Notes: generated from the letters alone by a model not told the origin. Counted from the first letter of the stretch, positions 1 to 15,526 are shown. The stretch is 64,000 bases of DNA from Phoronis australis (GCA_002633005.1 NMRA01000287.1:455874-519873); one strand, 5' to 3'. Program-made: numbers and translations.

Positions 1-1466
1 TTACTACATCCCGGTACGCAGCAACAGTGTGGCATGTTGACTGACTAGTAAATGAAAGCGAACGACGACGGAACTTAACACAACCGAGGTAGAACAATGA
101 CTGACTCGGCAGCTCTCACAGTCAGACTATGTGAAAAGAAATTGGCGGGAAGCGCTTGCCTCGTAAAACGTCACTTCCGGAAAAGCGGACGAATAATTAA
201 TAAAATTACGAAAAGCTGTAATTAAGTGAAAAATATGTCTAGGATAACCAACCAACCTTATTTTAGCTCAAAATGACATGGACAAAGGTTGCCTTCGCCT
301 TTAAAGGAATCCCAGTGCTCAGCCACTGGGCCACCTCAGGCGAGTGAGTGAAGCTTAAAACACTCAGCTATTTAACCCGCATGGTGTTGCTCAGCTGTAG
401 AACGTTTGGCTAATTAATTCCAAGCCTGTCGGTAGGTAAAGCGTGCGGGTTTTACAATTGTCACGGGTTTGCTTTTCACTAATACATAATAACACCAGCG
501 ACTGTAGTTCAATCATGTATTGAACTTTACCAAAGATACACTTCAAAAACTAAGATCAAAGATTTACTCAAACAACAAGGTCTCCAGGCAACCCGCAAGG
601 ACATTTTATATCAATAACTAGCCAAGAAATAGCTTCAGGTAGGCGCCACAAAGAACATCAGAGTGTGAATAGTGACTCGAGCTAAAGGACGGAATCCCGT
701 CCTGTCACACAAATTCACGCGTAAACGTGTAACCCCAGCACGTATTACCTACTGACACACCTGGAATTCCATATTCGGCTGCTGCTGCAGATTTGCTGCT
801 GCCTTGCCTCCCGTACATGTACCTGTATATATTATTCCAAGAATGCCTCAGTGTCTGTTATTGAATGAATTGTTATGCAATAGAATAAATCTAACCAGAT
901 ACCAGTTAAAATATGTACATGGAAACACTTTCAAATAGATTCCAGTAACAAGTCTTCATCGGTCAATCGACCCATCAGTTTAATCTTCCATTCGCAGGTA
1001 ACAGAAATTATTATAATGGCTAAAGGATGAATGTGAAATGATGAGAATGTCAAGTTATTTTAGAAGACTCGCGACTCTAGATTTTGCGCGAATTACACAA
1101 GCACAATGCACGTGGTCGTAGTAAGAGGCCATGCTTTCCGGCATACATGTACTTGTGCTGTTGCCACCAACCATACGATTTTCTCATATAATTCATCAGA
1201 ATTTATTACACGGATATGACGTTGTACTAGTTACAAGCATCCTTGTTAATCTGCTGCTCTGATGTGGGAACTACTTTCACTTTCACCTGAACAAATTCTC
1301 AATTTGATAGAGAATAGTGTTGATGCTGACTTGATCACAGCACCCTGATGTGAGTGTACCCATGGCAATTATAGTAACTTCTACATGTACACTGAACGAC
1401 AATTATGCTCTCCATATAATCGTTAGTAGCGATCCTTAAACAAATTTTCTTGTCAATGTACTGTAG

Positions 1467-1605
1467 GTGCTGCATTCGCAAGGATGTGTCATGTTTGATG
1501 AAGATGGGGTCACTTACGGATACTTTGCGTCCAGTGCCACAGCAGGATTGAATCACGACATAGCTCACGTATTACGCAAAGTGGGTTACAAGGCAGTTGG
1601 AAAAG
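1467..1605 (+). CDS. Candidate upstream exon, EAR/EPTP-like blade (VLHSQGCVMFDEDGVTYGYFASSATAGLNHDIAHVLRKVGYKAVGK)
   Basis: Acceptor tactgtag|, donor AAG|gtaaat in phase 1 matching the phase-1 acceptor at 6385; the F-x-x-x-G-x-x-Y pattern resembles the repeats in the last exon. Confidence 0.55.
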
Positions 1606-4600
1606 GTAAATGCACAATGTTGAGAGCAGGATCCTCCCATGAAATACTCGTCATTTTTCGCAAAACGTTATGTTTTTCATGTATCAAGTTAAGCTTGTGC
1701 AAGGAATTTGCCTCCAATCCGAGCCTCATGTTCCAAGGCCGAAGAAAGCGTGGGGGAGACGGGATGCACGGGCCCCCCAAAACTTTTCAGTCGTCAGGGT
1801 TACACCGAGGCAACAGACATACGCGTGGGGTGGGAATTGTCGAGAAAATAAAGACTGCTAAATGTGGATAAAGGAGAACATTCTAGGGAACAGCTGTGTA
1901 ACAGTGTATGGTTTACCTTCTGAAGATCCTGGCCAGGACATTGTTGTTGAGGTCTCCGGTTTCGCAGCATAGTTCGTCTACACGCACTTGGAATGGTACA
2001 CGTAATGACTCATTCATACTTTTCGAAAAATCGAACAACTTCGTAAAGAGAAGCTTTTGCAGAGCGTATTAATTTAGCGGATTTTCAAATTCAATAAATC
2101 AATTTTGCGACTGCAAAACTACATTTTTCCAGACACCCGTCTCTTGCAAGATTTAGCGGAGAAAAATGTCGCTTTTTTCTCGAATTGTATATCACTTGAG
2201 AACTATTGGTGATCTGAAATATCATCAATTGCTGCACATTTCTTGATTTTTCAAAGCATGGATATTTTCATATTGAGGGGTCCAACCCTTGAAGAAGCCA
2301 ATTTACATGTATGTCATTCAAGTGGGCAGCCTTCTTATGTTTTCATTGACACATTCTTAAGGATCTACTCACGGAGAGATTGCCCAAAGTTGGACAATTA
2401 CACCTGTACGTCTAGTTTCCTGTTTTTTGTGAAATCGTGCAACCGACTTTCATGTTGAGGATGATAATTTCCTTCACCGTACGGTCTTGTGACCAAACGA
2501 CGGTGAAATGAACTGTTACTCTTTTCCAAGCTCAATGATGTTAAGCCTTTTGTAATTAAGGTGTCCCATTTCAGACTGTACCCTCTCTCTTTCTCCCCCT
2601 ATACATATAAATCCGACACTGCCAAGTATTCACAAGGGAAGTTGAGATTTCAAATTAATCGAAAAACACAAAACATTCGTGCACAGCACAGCAGTATCAA
2701 AACATTCGACCCAAACGCCCAAAAAAACGTAATAAACATATATTTCAGTCAAGTTCAACTCGTGAACCGTTATAGGTACCACGGAAATGAGCAACGATAC
2801 ACCTTAATATGAATGCCCAGTGGGCAATTGACCGTCTTTAAGGCTCGTCACTGCTGTTGCACTCGTTTGCTTGTGTGCGCCTGCGTTGCTGAGGACAACG
2901 GCATTAACAGCGGCTGCAGACTTATCTCCAGGAGAAGAAGTCTCTTCGAATATGTAACCTTGTCAAAAACTTTTTGGTTTACATCCGATGAACACGAAAT
3001 AAACATACATTATGTGTTTTGCGAATAGCTCACAGCCCAGTGTTTGTAGTTAAAATGGCAAATCAGAATGTTGAGTAATTTTTCAAACGTTTAGTTAGCG
3101 AATTTATAGGTCCAATTATTCTCGGTGGCTTCTTCTGACATTCGTTATATTTATACTAGATCTTTACAATCGCCGTTGGAATCATTTGTTCCGTACACTG
3201 TACATGCATTTCCGTGACAAATTAACAATAATTTCCGGTCACTGCTATAGTTGAGTTTTTGTACATTGTATCCTGTGACCCTGAACGGATCTTTACGAAT
3301 TTCGGAATGTGAATAGACGTTTTCCCGCGCTATCCTCGGCGTCCCTTAGGTTTGCGAGTTATTTGAGGGTTATTGGTCAGACGTCTGTTCCTTTATTGAC
3401 CGATTCCTCGTTGGACTCCGGCATAGCTATATCACCGCGCCACATGGCACATTTTTGGCACATCAGTATACAACTACATGTAAAACTCATCCTGGAAAGT
3501 TCATCTTTAATTTCTGAAAGCGGTATTAGTTTGTTGAGAATAATTGCGGCTGTTGAAATATGGCACTGAGGCCTCAAGATTGTTCAGTACTGTTCCGTCA
3601 ATTTATTGCTTGGACGTACCGTGCTCAAGTTGTACGTTGGTACTGTGGGTCACAGGGTCGTGGTTATTGGAGTACTTGGTTACGTCAACCTCAGTTCCAA
3701 GTTTTCCTTTCGATTTTGCGTAGCTTGTAATCCAACCTATTAAACACAGAAAAATCAGGAACCCCAACTGGGAATCGAACCACTAGTATCTAAATTGCCG
3801 GTCTAGTGTTCTAACCACTAAGCTATTGTGCATTTACTGTTATGCCACGCATCCCATAAGAGCGCTTCGCCTTTTTCAGACGGGACAAGTATATATACAG
3901 TCAGCAATTTACCAGTATGTGCTAATTAGATATAGTAAATTTATAGACAGTGAGGTTGGCCAGTAGTGAATTATATCAAATAGGCACAGAATATTCATGC
4001 AGACCAAGTGGGAATCGAACCATAGGTCTCTAGATTGCCGGTGTTGTGCTCTTACCACTGAGCTACTGAGGAACCGATATATGTGCAATTAGGAGCCTAC
4101 TGTTTACAGCCAACAGTTATGTCATATATCCCATGAGCGGCATTTTGCCTCATAACATAGAATTGTCGTGAGGACTTGACAGGGACCTCAGGGGTCTCAC
4201 ACTCCACTGATTTATCCACATTATTTTGAAAATGCTTTGCCCAGTCACACATGGTGTGTCATAAAAGATATAAGCATACTTGCAGCTGACGAAGCAAGTA
4301 GAACTACTCTCGTTTATCACTTTGGCGTAAAGTCACAGTTGAACTGTACTTTTCTGTTGACCCCAGACCGTCCGGAGTTGCACCATATACCAACTCCTGA
4401 CGGTCTCTCACGACGATTTAGCGTTATGTTTTTCGCACGGCTACCTGTTATAGAGGAGACCGTTCTTTGGCCTCCTTACATGTATAGAGGAACTCGCATT
4501 GGACTGGGTTCCACGGCGCAGCTTATATTACCAGTATTATAGAGGATCCTGCTCTGCGGACGCCATGGGGCGAGCCCTTTTATCAACATAGGAGGCCTCG

Positions 4601-7600
4601 CACTTTGCTTGCATTCGGACGAGGCCCTTCAATACTAATATAAGGCCACATTACCTTATGGAGGGAAACTCTATATCAAAATAGGGTGTCTACTTTTGAG
4701 GCTCGAAAATCAATTTCTTGGCTTTGTTATTTTAACAAGAATAAATCCTTTTAATTAGCAAGCTGTTGTTTGCTATTTTTTCCGTTGCAGCCTACCGTCA
4801 CAAGGCTTTTCAAGATTATTCGATGTTACCTCGTTCAGCCATTGATTTCTCGTGCCAAATTTGGTGTTACTTGAAAGACATTTCTGAAATGTGGTATGCA
4901 GATGAAAACTGTCAAGCGCTATGTAAACATTTATCATTTTCTCAACCCAGTTTACCTTCCATAAGTCACATGAAATTTACTAACCAAATAACTGTTCTTA
5001 TAATACTCGCTGCAGTTGTTCTTGCTCTGTCGTACGCTCTCTACACGTGTTGTTGCTGTCAGATCGACCATCGTCATCATTATCATCGCTAGTGTCGTTG
5101 TGATAACCAGAGGAACCGTACAGGAACGCCCGTCCTGCCACAATTTGATATCATCATTTGACCGTTACTTTGAACAAGGGATCCGTTTTGGGATTTAAAG
5201 TGTACCAGTATCTTACATTGTTTAGGATTTGATTTTGAAATCCCGGATTTATCACATGACAGGTATGGCGCGCCCAATTTCAGACTTGGGACTAGCTGAC
5301 AACTGCGCCACCTTTGGCAATGTTGTCAATGGCTAGGGCACCTTCATAATTGCCTTGAGTGCCGAACGAATCTGACAACGGGGTCAATGATTTGGTCCTT
5401 AGTTGGATTCGGTGTTGTTCTGTTTATTTGCAAGGCAGAACATGTGTACATGTAGGCCTACCTACGATGCTGTTGTCTTCATTATTGACGTCGTTAGCTT
5501 CTACGAAAAAGACAATCATTTCCGAGATAGAGTTTGTTGTACAACCACTGTCGTCATCGTCGGCAGTGGCGAATTTGTCATTGTCAGCTTCCGTGTTGGC
5601 AACGTGTTTGTCGCTGAAAGCAGCCTCGTGGTCACTGGGCGTATTGTCGCTTTGTAGTCGTTGAATTGCTCACGTCACAGTTGCAATTGTTGGCATGCCA
5701 GCGTTGTCGGCGGTATCTTGGTTGCCATGACCTGGTAGTCGTGAGGTCTTAAGTTGTTTAGGCGACATTTTTGAGTGGAACATCTGTCTAGAGGACTAGG
5801 TCAAATGGCGGAAGTCTTAGGACAGTTCAAGGTGACTTCATGCACAAACAGGAAGAATTTGCTATGACTTCACGTGTTAATGTTAAGTATGCCAAATTAA
5901 ACCCAGAAGTGGCACGTCTATTTGTTTTGTTAGCAGGACCTTGGTTAAAGGGCTCAGGTCATACGTCTAACCGGAAGTCGTCGGTAAACCGAAAAAAAAG
6001 AAAAATGGGGCCAAATTGGAATCGGATTTAGCGTGTATAACGCAATTTACGTGTAGATGAATGATGACAGCATCGTATGTGGAATCGTCCAACACGCTGG
6101 TTTTGTTGTTGTCGATGAGGTTGTGGAGTTAAACTGAGTAGAAAAGGCCGAGTCGTTATTCTATTTATACCGCCAGGTGTCTTCGGGGAACTAGTCCTCA
6201 TCAGGGACTGAAATGTTTATATCATTCACACACGGGCGGCAGATGCAGATAATATTGCCGGCGAATAATCAATCTAAATTTGAACTGATTACACAACATT
6301 TTGATGCTTTCACGAGCAGTGACTATGTACAATGTGATAATTTATGCCATTAAATAGTTACAATTAAACCTTTTCATTTTTAAGGGGAAGGTGGAATTTC
6401 TGCTCTGGGAGTGGAAGATTATACAATTCCTGTCACCAACTTTTACGCGACTTCCCAGCGTTCCAGTTGTAGTCTAGACAACCTCCGGCTCCAATCACCA
6501 GGCGCTCTCTGCTTCTTGAGCAATTCCCAGGCAAATGATTACGTGCAAGTTGATTTGGGCCGCCTATATTACGTCACAAAGACAGCAACACAGGTGAGAA
6601 CAGGGGGAGTTTATATAAACAAGGCCTTTGATTAGCGGAGTTCCAACACCGCCATGTTGGAAATGAGTCAGAATGTTGCATTGCGGTTAAGCCGGTAAAC
6701 AAGTACGTCGGCAAGCGTGGGGGCGAACCGGCCACAGGGAGGTTATACGTGTTGTGTGCCTGGCATGCTAAAATACCAGTTATGGAGATGAAAAATTTAG
6801 TTACTACCTGATCAAGAACTGCGTTAAACATGGGTCAGAGACATCGGTAGAGCTGGTAGCAAAGGCCGACTTCGTGAATTCTTTCCGACTTCGCAGCATA
6901 AAGTTTGCAGCGCTCATTTTGAGGGCGGCAAGAAAACGTATCTTGGAAACTGCCTTTCAAAGAAGCAGTAACAAATACTCCACGGCGGTTGGTAGTGAAA
7001 AAAAAACTTGCTTTCGCTTGACCAGAACCAAGCCAACATGAGCAATTTTGAGGATAATGCCTCTGCACAATCACCTGTTCAGATCAATTCACTTAACGTA
7101 CGCACACTATATGCATTAACGCGCTAAGATAAAGCGTGCAGGAAATTATTGTTTACTTTCTACAAAATTGTGGTGCATTGCTATCAAAATTCGTTGTTAA
7201 ATTACGATCATTTTTCATAAAATTGTGTTGATGTACCAGGGCGAAATCTTGCCGACAAATGCGTAGCTGCAGGTCTTGAATAAGAATAAAGCTTCGACTC
7301 AACAAATTACCTAAAATCCTCCTCAAGTTTTCCAAATAGCGTCTCTAAGATTTTTAAGTTCTTGTGGAGTCTGGATTAACTGCAGATTAAATCCAAATCT
7401 GCGCTAGATTGTCGCCCGCAACACGAGAAAATTCTCTGAAGGAACACACATGTTGTTGTCACGTGATGTTTGTTTTGAAGTGTGTATGCGTGTGTGTGAG
7501 AGTAAGCGTACGTGTGCTTGTCATCAGAGTTCATTTGCCAGAGTAAATATGACGTAATGATCTAGGTGTGCATTGTATCCAAAGAAATTAAATCAAGCAG

Positions 7601-10600
7601 TCAAGCAGAGCGTGTTTTAATATTTAGCTTAGCACTTGCTAGCCTCATCTGCTAAACTGAAACGTTCGAGAAGTTTTTCGGTAAGACCGATATGTCAATC
7701 ATTGAGTCGCCGTAGTGTAGCAGCTATTTTCCGAAAGATTTGGGGTGTAAGGGTGAGAATGTATTCACTTTCAGTGGCTCATTTTGACCTTAAAACACCA
7801 ATTATGATTAGTTAAATAATTTATCTTAAAAATAATGCAAAAGTTGTTTACGGTAATAGAAACTTTCGGAAATTAGTGCCACTATTTATTTGCTGACACT
7901 ATGTCACCCGTTTCATGAATAGATAGTCCCCGACTAAATGTCTTCGATGACAGCCGGTACATTATGCAGAGCGCGCTTAGTGGCCGCGTGCTAACACTGG
8001 TCGAGTTTTTTATTAGTCTTCGATTCACGGTTTTCACGTGTTCAAAGAAGTTTGGATTCCTGTTGAGGCCGGAGAAGATCTGTACCGGAAAGAAACAATG
8101 CAATGCCGCTGACAAGTACGCTGCGTCTCTTTTCAAAGTCCAGACCCACGTAGTGGGGCACATCCCTCGCAAGAGCAGCAAAACTTCTGCGTACTTTTTG
8201 AATCGCGGCCTAAGTTTGAAGTGTACACGGACATAACGGTGAGGCTCGTGGTCTACAAATTCAGGACTGTCGGATCTTTAATTGATAAATTGGAAACCGT
8301 AGGTAAGGGCATTTAGTTCATGGGCTGGGCGCTTACTTTAGCAAAGTCTGAAAACGCGTTGGGGCACTTGTTGGGGCATGGGCGCTTATTAGGGCGAATA
8401 GCGGCAGCATTACATGCAGCAGCGTAGATTAATGCACACAAATCACACGTAGTGCAAACCAATCGGCCATTTCATTTACCCTAATCAATCCCAATAGCCT
8501 TTGCGCACCCTAATTTCCGAACATGCGCAATCGTTAAATCGATTCGGTTGCAACTCCGCTATTGACTTGCTACGGTGTTTGTACGAAATCATCAATTGAA
8601 AATCATTCCCGCCACAAGCACCATCGGATATAGCGGCTTGCTAAATATTCCTGGTTTGTAAGTTCACGTACATGTAAAACCTTTCCAGGGACCTGCTTCG
8701 AAGTGTAATCCGTGCGCATCATAAACTAAAGATTCTTAGTTCAACCTAGGAACCACCTTCCTAGGTTCAACCAAAGGTATTACCATTGCTGCTGAGCTCA
8801 ACTTGGCTACTCGTTGGTTAACCGAAAACACTAAATCGTCACAGCGTACACGCTTTATGATTAATTTCAGAGAAACCGGCAACGTTCAGGAGATAAACTT
8901 AAAACTAAGCATCATTTTTTCATGAAATCAATTAAAAGTGGTCGAACAATTGTACAAATATGTGATGTTGAGGCGATCTGCGATTACGTGCACCGATGTC
9001 CTATAATTTACTTAACACCTGAGTGAAACCTTGTCAGTATTGAAGATCGCTCCGCATGTAGCCCTCGTTCACATTACAGGATGGTGGACTACTCGAAAAT
9101 GAGGCCATTTGGTCTGAGTTTTCACAACCTGCAGCATGACTATAGTAACGGTCCGAAAATCTCAGATTTTGATTGCTAAATAGGACACTGTACTGGCTCA
9201 ACGCCCAAAAGTAAGAGATATTGCGTTGTCCTACACATCCTATAAGAGTAATGAAAAAAGTGTTCAGGTTTTGGGCTTCGTGGTACTTTGAGGCACGTGG
9301 CAAGGTTGGATTAAACCTCCTGATTTGTGTCTTCCAACTCTCCTCGCGTCATCGTGGACTTACCAAGAGCTGCCTACTATACAAACGAATGCTCTTTGCT
9401 TACAAGACGTTTGTCAGACGAACACAAGCTCGCCGATCTCCCACAGTGCACATACATGTACTATCCAAGTGAAGTCAAATTTGTTGTATTGCTTTTGCTT
9501 TCAACGCAGTCAAGTTGGTCAAACGGACGAGTTTCACAATTATCCTTACCAAAATTGTGTTTATTTACAGGGTCACAGAACCTCGGAACAGTGGGTGACT
9601 CGGTTGAAAATATTTACCTCAACAGACGGTAACAATTTTGACTGCGTCGCTGATGCTGTAACGGGCACTTGCAACGCGGTATGACGTATTATGTTGAACT
9701 ATCAGTTACTGTTTGTGTTAAGTTGTTTCATCACACGTGTTTGTTGCATATTTAAAGTCAATAAACCTTAGCCAGTGACTAAAGCCTTGATTGGGGAACC
9801 ATGTCCAGAAACAGTAAATGCTGCTGGTTCAGTAACATGATATTTCTTTAGCTCATACCCTAATCCAAACTTTGGGGGTTCTTGAGGGTTTCCGGGCATC
9901 ATTTTGTTCCAGAGATCCGGGGAAAATCGGTTTATATCCATTAGTAGGCCAAATGTCATGGTTTTATCAAGTTCATCTAGAAATCCGTTTCTACGCCTTC
10001 ATTATAAATTTAAAGTAAATTGTCGCAAATCCTAACAGGTCTTACTTAGCATGCCTAATATGGAGCCTTTGATGCCCACATAAACCAATCAAAATGTGTA
10101 ACCATAATAAAACAGGAATATCAATGTTATTTTTACTTTTTTAACAAATCTTTGACACATTTTGACATAGACACAACTGAAAGTAGGCATATATTTAGAG
10201 CATAAATCGGGCAAGAAGCAGTGGCTTACTGGTCGTTCATGTTCTTGAACAAAGTTCACTAAGTTGCTCTACATGAATCTTTCTCATGTTCAATATGAAT
10301 TTATCTACATATAGCTATTACATATTCGCCGACCTAACCATGCGCATGCTTATTCAGTTCACAGGTAATTCGAATAAAAACTCTCGAGTTTACCAGTTGT
10401 TCTCAAGAGGTGCTTTAATGGCGCGATATGTCAGGATGCAACCTACTGCCTTTTATGGTCACAAATCACTGCGCATCGAGGTGTACGGGTATAGTAAAGG
10501 TAGGTTAGATAAGAGTGGTTAACTGGTATAAATTGTCTAATGGTCAAGGCGGCCCGTGAAATATGCGTAATGACCGAGTTCTACGCGGAAAACAGCAGTT

Positions 10601-13600
10601 TCGTAAAGGAATCTATTTTCTGGCTAAAAAATGGTGCTCCTTAAAAAAGCTTCAAATACATGAAACCTCTAGCGTCTTCAGTTTGAGGTGGAGTTCGTAA
10701 CTTGAATCTCTAGGGACACGTAATAAAGGCGTTTGTTCTGGTTGATATTCGGAGACATAGTAAAAAATATATCGTGCAATTTCACTATATTACTACGGAG
10801 TTAACACACATTCTTTGAATTCCAGATACGTATATTGAACGAGCATTTGGCATAAGAAAAGGAGTCATACCACTGTCTCAAATCTCCGTCACATCATCCC
10901 ACGTTGCCGCCCCCGTTGCGTGCATACCACTTAACTCTTACTCCTCGTGGATTCCCGCAAAAAACTCAAATCCTACTGAAGCGGTCACAGTCGATCTGGG
11001 AAAACTGCGAGTAATCACGAAAACAGCTTTGCAGGCAAGTAATGGTCCATATGCGGGTCGAGGGCCATGGGATTCAAGTATGTACGAGCACAACCTGGAT
11101 AGTGGCCGTTGGGAAGGTCAACGCGGAAAATTTTCATTCAAAGAAAACGTGACTTGAACCACCTGGAGACAACTAGATCTTCCAATGTTAAAGTAACAAT
11201 TCTCACATACGTCCCTTATTTAACCATTAGAAAGCCAAGGAACTGAAATGTCATGAGTGACAGTGAACTGAAACGAGCCTTGTGGCTGCAGTCTCCTCTT
11301 CCCCATTCAAATCCACGTTCCATTTATGTAGGGCTTCAGGAATCCGACTGGTTCAAGGGGAATTCAAAGAGGTTACATGAACGAGTTTCTTCTCTTTGCA
11401 ATCATGCCTCGCTAGACCAGTATACTAATGTTTAAACTGCTATGCGTATTGGGCGGAGAACAAGAACAGTGACGACAAAAACACATTTATGTCTTGATAA
11501 TGTTTTTCTACTCACAAAAAGGCTTCGCTTGTTGTAAAACGAGTGAAACAACCAGCAGTTAGTCAGGTTAAATGCAGGTGGCGGCTGTATTAGGTGCTAA
11601 TCCAAAAGGTACTTCTTTGTCTCTGGAACCTCGCCCCCCGTGGGCTCTGGCTATACACCTTTCTTACACCCCAGTTGTTGCGTGATACTCTCGTGTGTTG
11701 CATTGGGCAGACTATAGCAAAAAATGGCAACCTAGACTATAGTACATGGACCGCCAACTCCGTATGCTTTCAATGACCGAAATCTGTGCTCTTCTGCTCA
11801 ACGTAACGTCAGTTTTCACTTGCGACATGAGGCCAAATTATCTGGTATTATTTACGGCACGTACGGCGTCTGCTAATCTTGTTCGGCTGTTGTGTGGTAG
11901 GGTGGTAGTAGCCTTGCTAAAAGTACTCACGATACCAACAGTTCTCCTTTTTTGAGATATTGAACAGCGTTTTAAAGCCAAAATGTTTTTTTTTTTCGTT
12001 GTACTGGACAGTAAAATACATGCGAGAATTTCCCTTCACAATACACTAACCGGAAATAAGCCACATAATTTAGGAGAGTGGCGCCGTTTCTAGGATAGTA
12101 CGGAAGCAAATGCCGTAATGTTGTCGTAAATCTTTTGTCTATTATGTACGATGGCAAGGACAAAATATTGCTTAAAATAAATATCAGATTTGGCAGCATG
12201 CCCTAACTCGCTCTTCGTGGTAGATAACCTTGGTGAGGGCTCCTCCAGCTGCAATCTACCTTAAATATAAGCGCAGTTTTATTTTGACTGCATGGGCACA
12301 GTGGGTCTCCCCTCTCACCTAGACTAACAACAGAGCTCAACTGCTAGTGGCCACGTCCTATCCTCCTTTGCAATAAACAACCCATTAACAAAGCCTTTTC
12401 CATGTTCGTTTAAGGACTATGGGCTTCGTGTAAACACTTAGCCCAAGCCGTCACTCATTCACACAGTTTTTCATAGATTCGTGACTCTTTTGAATGATCA
12501 GAATTTCTTTTATATTCTTTTGAACACTGTAAGAACAGTTATTGAAAAGAGCGTTGGAAAACTGACCATCCTCCATGCGACCACACGACGGATTCCAAGT
12601 TCAATCTCTCTGTCTCACACAGGGGCGTGGCATATATGACCAGTATGTTAAGACACTGAAGATACTTCTGTCGCAAGACGGCCCTGACTACTACTGTCTC
12701 AAGACGAAGGGAAGCAATAACTGCAATGTGGTAAGCGATGTCCCCTTCCGGAAACTGACAATTCAAGTGATTTTAGGAAGACTGTACCAGGAACGGACAA
12801 CTATTTTCATGTACTCGATTTTTTGGAATGGAACTGTTCAAGTTGTCAACAACTAAAACCTTGCAATGTGAAGCTGGGCTGAATTGCATAAAGCTTCAAA
12901 AGTTACCCAATGGATAAGTTAGATTTTTGCATGAAGTCAGGTGCATTGTTCAACAATAACAGCGTGACGCGTGATAATGCGACGTCATTGTTGCTATACG
13001 GCGTATAACTTTTATGCAACTGGGCCCTGAAGGGTCATTAAGCCCATGGTTTCCGCAAACAAAATAAGATTCCGTTTGCCTCACGTGCTGCGTTAAAAAG
13101 ATATTTCATTATTCATTTCGTAGTTAAATTCTAAACTGAGTAAGTACCAAGGGCAAAAAATTTTGTAGCACCAAGTGGTTTAAAATGAAAGTGTTCTTCA
13201 AGAGCAAGAGCGGACTTAATCCCCAACTAACATTTCAGTCTATATTTACACGTGTACTTGGTTACAGTATTTACATTCAGGGAGTCTTGGATTGCGCTCA
13301 GTAGACTCAAGAATCTTGAGTCCCGTTTAGACATCAACTTTTGGCCTGGCGCAACTGACACGGAGCAAATTGACTCGTGTCAAGCGGCCGTTTATACACA
13401 CAACTCACTAAACGTGGCAAGACGGAAATTAAAGTCTGGAGAGACTGGGTCTCATATGACAAGGTTTACAAATGACGAGAGTTGCGGAGACTAAGAACCC
13501 GTACGAAGGTCATTAGGCAAACGCAGTAGAGATGATCCTATCCGCCTTGCTCCGGTTTCGCGTTTAGACTTATAATTGACACGGCATAAGATGTTAGGGC

Positions 13601-15491
13601 GCAAATTGCTCTACCTCACAAACGGGTGGCAAAAATTTGTCACCGCGGTGTCAATTTGCTCCGTGTAAGTTCGTTTACACACTGGAACAACACGTACCGT
13701 GTCAGCTGATCCGTGTCAACTTTGAAACTGTAAACGGCACTTTGGTTAGGAATGTAATATGCTCACTAATAATACATCACGAATTGTGAGCATTTTGCAT
13801 CTACGGAACGCACGCTAGGACTTGCATGTGAGAAATTCCGATTGTGTGCCCTGAAATCATACTTTTTAAAACAAATCATTATTGTTTGTCAAACGCACTT
13901 CTATCTGATCTAAACACCACTTGGTTAAAGTCCGGATAGTTAAGTTTATTTAACTGATCTTCATTTTAGAGAATTTCCGGCAGATGTCAGTGAGAATTGG
14001 CGATGTGTAGTAAAATTCCCAATACGCAACTAACAGCCTTTTGTGTGTTATTGCTTTGGTCAACACTAATGACAACAAAATGACTGTCGCATCCCAAGCA
14101 TGTGTTATTCTCCTGTAAAAACTACCTCTCCATTTAACTTAAAAAACGCAATAGTTTAGTCACTTCCATTTCATTGTGGCGTCTTCCTTGTTACCCTTCT
14201 ATTTATAATGTACCGACCAGGTGTCAAAGCGTTTTGTGATCGTTGACTGCAACACCATGCAGAGCTGCGTTCACTAACAGTAATTGCTCGTGACACGTTG
14301 GCTGTTAAAATCGTTGGCTTTGGAAAAACTTGGACCGTTGGCCGTTTGAGAGTGACACCAGCAAAAAGCTGGGAAAAAGTGGGAATTTTACATATTAGAT
14401 TTTTTGACGTCTGGCGAAAGAAGCGATTAGTACCTGCAATAGTCTTATTTGAAAAATAAGCAGCTTCTGCGAGAATGGCCCTCTTTTACTGTATTTTGGG
14501 AAAAACATTTTGCTGGATAATAACGCTAATTTATCATGCTAGAAATAATACAACTTGATATGCTACCATAAATCTTTCTATCCTAAGATAACCAGAATAC
14601 ACAAACAAGTCTCTTCGCAAGCTTCACTTAAAAAAAAAAAATTAACGTACACGTACACGTAGGCTCTAGAGTTTTTGTTCGTCTGAGAATGATAAACTAT
14701 GCTTTACGCAACTATTGCGGCAAGACAGTGCGTGAAGTACAGTTTCAAAATATTTATGGCCTTTAAACGTTAAAAAATGTTCTAATTATTCACAGCCACT
14801 TCGATTTGCTGTGGTTTTGTGAAACGGGTCCAAGGTGTCATTTTTACAGAATAAAATAAACAAAGATGACGATGCATGTGGTCGTGTGCTAATGCTTATC
14901 AAGATATTTTCTATTCATAAGATCAAATATCTTCTCAAAATTGGATAATTTCACAAGTTACATTTTTGGGATTAATAATTTGAAAGGTGCATTGTGGAAA
15001 TTGCAGTTAGCAATTAACAACTGAGAAATGCATGATGTTTAGCGAATTGCTATGACGTACATATAAATTGCACACCGAAAGTGCTAATATTTTAGTTCCA
15101 GGTACAACTATAGAACTATCGACAGAATAGCAATATGTAGCGAAACATTTATCTACTCAAATTTTGGCTTTTGAAATTGCACTTTCTTAAGTGCTGGAAA
15201 TACTTTATGAACCAATATACCGGGCAAAAGCCCCGTTTCCCTCGTCAAAAACGGAAATACAATGATTCCTGCATTCGGCAGACGCTTACATTTTCGCTAA
15301 CGTTACAAACTAAAATATCGTTCCGTGAGAAAAAAATGCCTTGGCTCCCGCTGCTAATTACAAAAATGTGACAGTAATTTACTGTTCGCATTAACAATAA
15401 CGACTTGCCCAACAACTTTTCTAAATTTCTAAATCTAGCTGATCTACTTACTGTCTCCACGAAGGAGTTTATGCGTTTGCTTGGTGTGTGT

Positions 15492-15526
<35 letters not shown>

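Noticed and set aside
884-997. Further upstream exon (QIPVKICTWKHFQID...HSQ|gtaaca)
   Set aside because: Phase-compatible and slightly EAR-like, but the acceptor is weak and the second half does not fit the repeat; insufficient support.
3760-4072. Functional tRNA genes
   Set aside because: A and B boxes are present but acceptor and anticodon stems do not pair; better explained as SINE heads.
4969-5092. MKFTNQITVLIILAAVVLAL as the signal-peptide exon of the mosaic gene
   Set aside because: No suitable phase-1 donor before the stop; it lies within a decayed low-complexity block (~2800-5800) that I could not classify.
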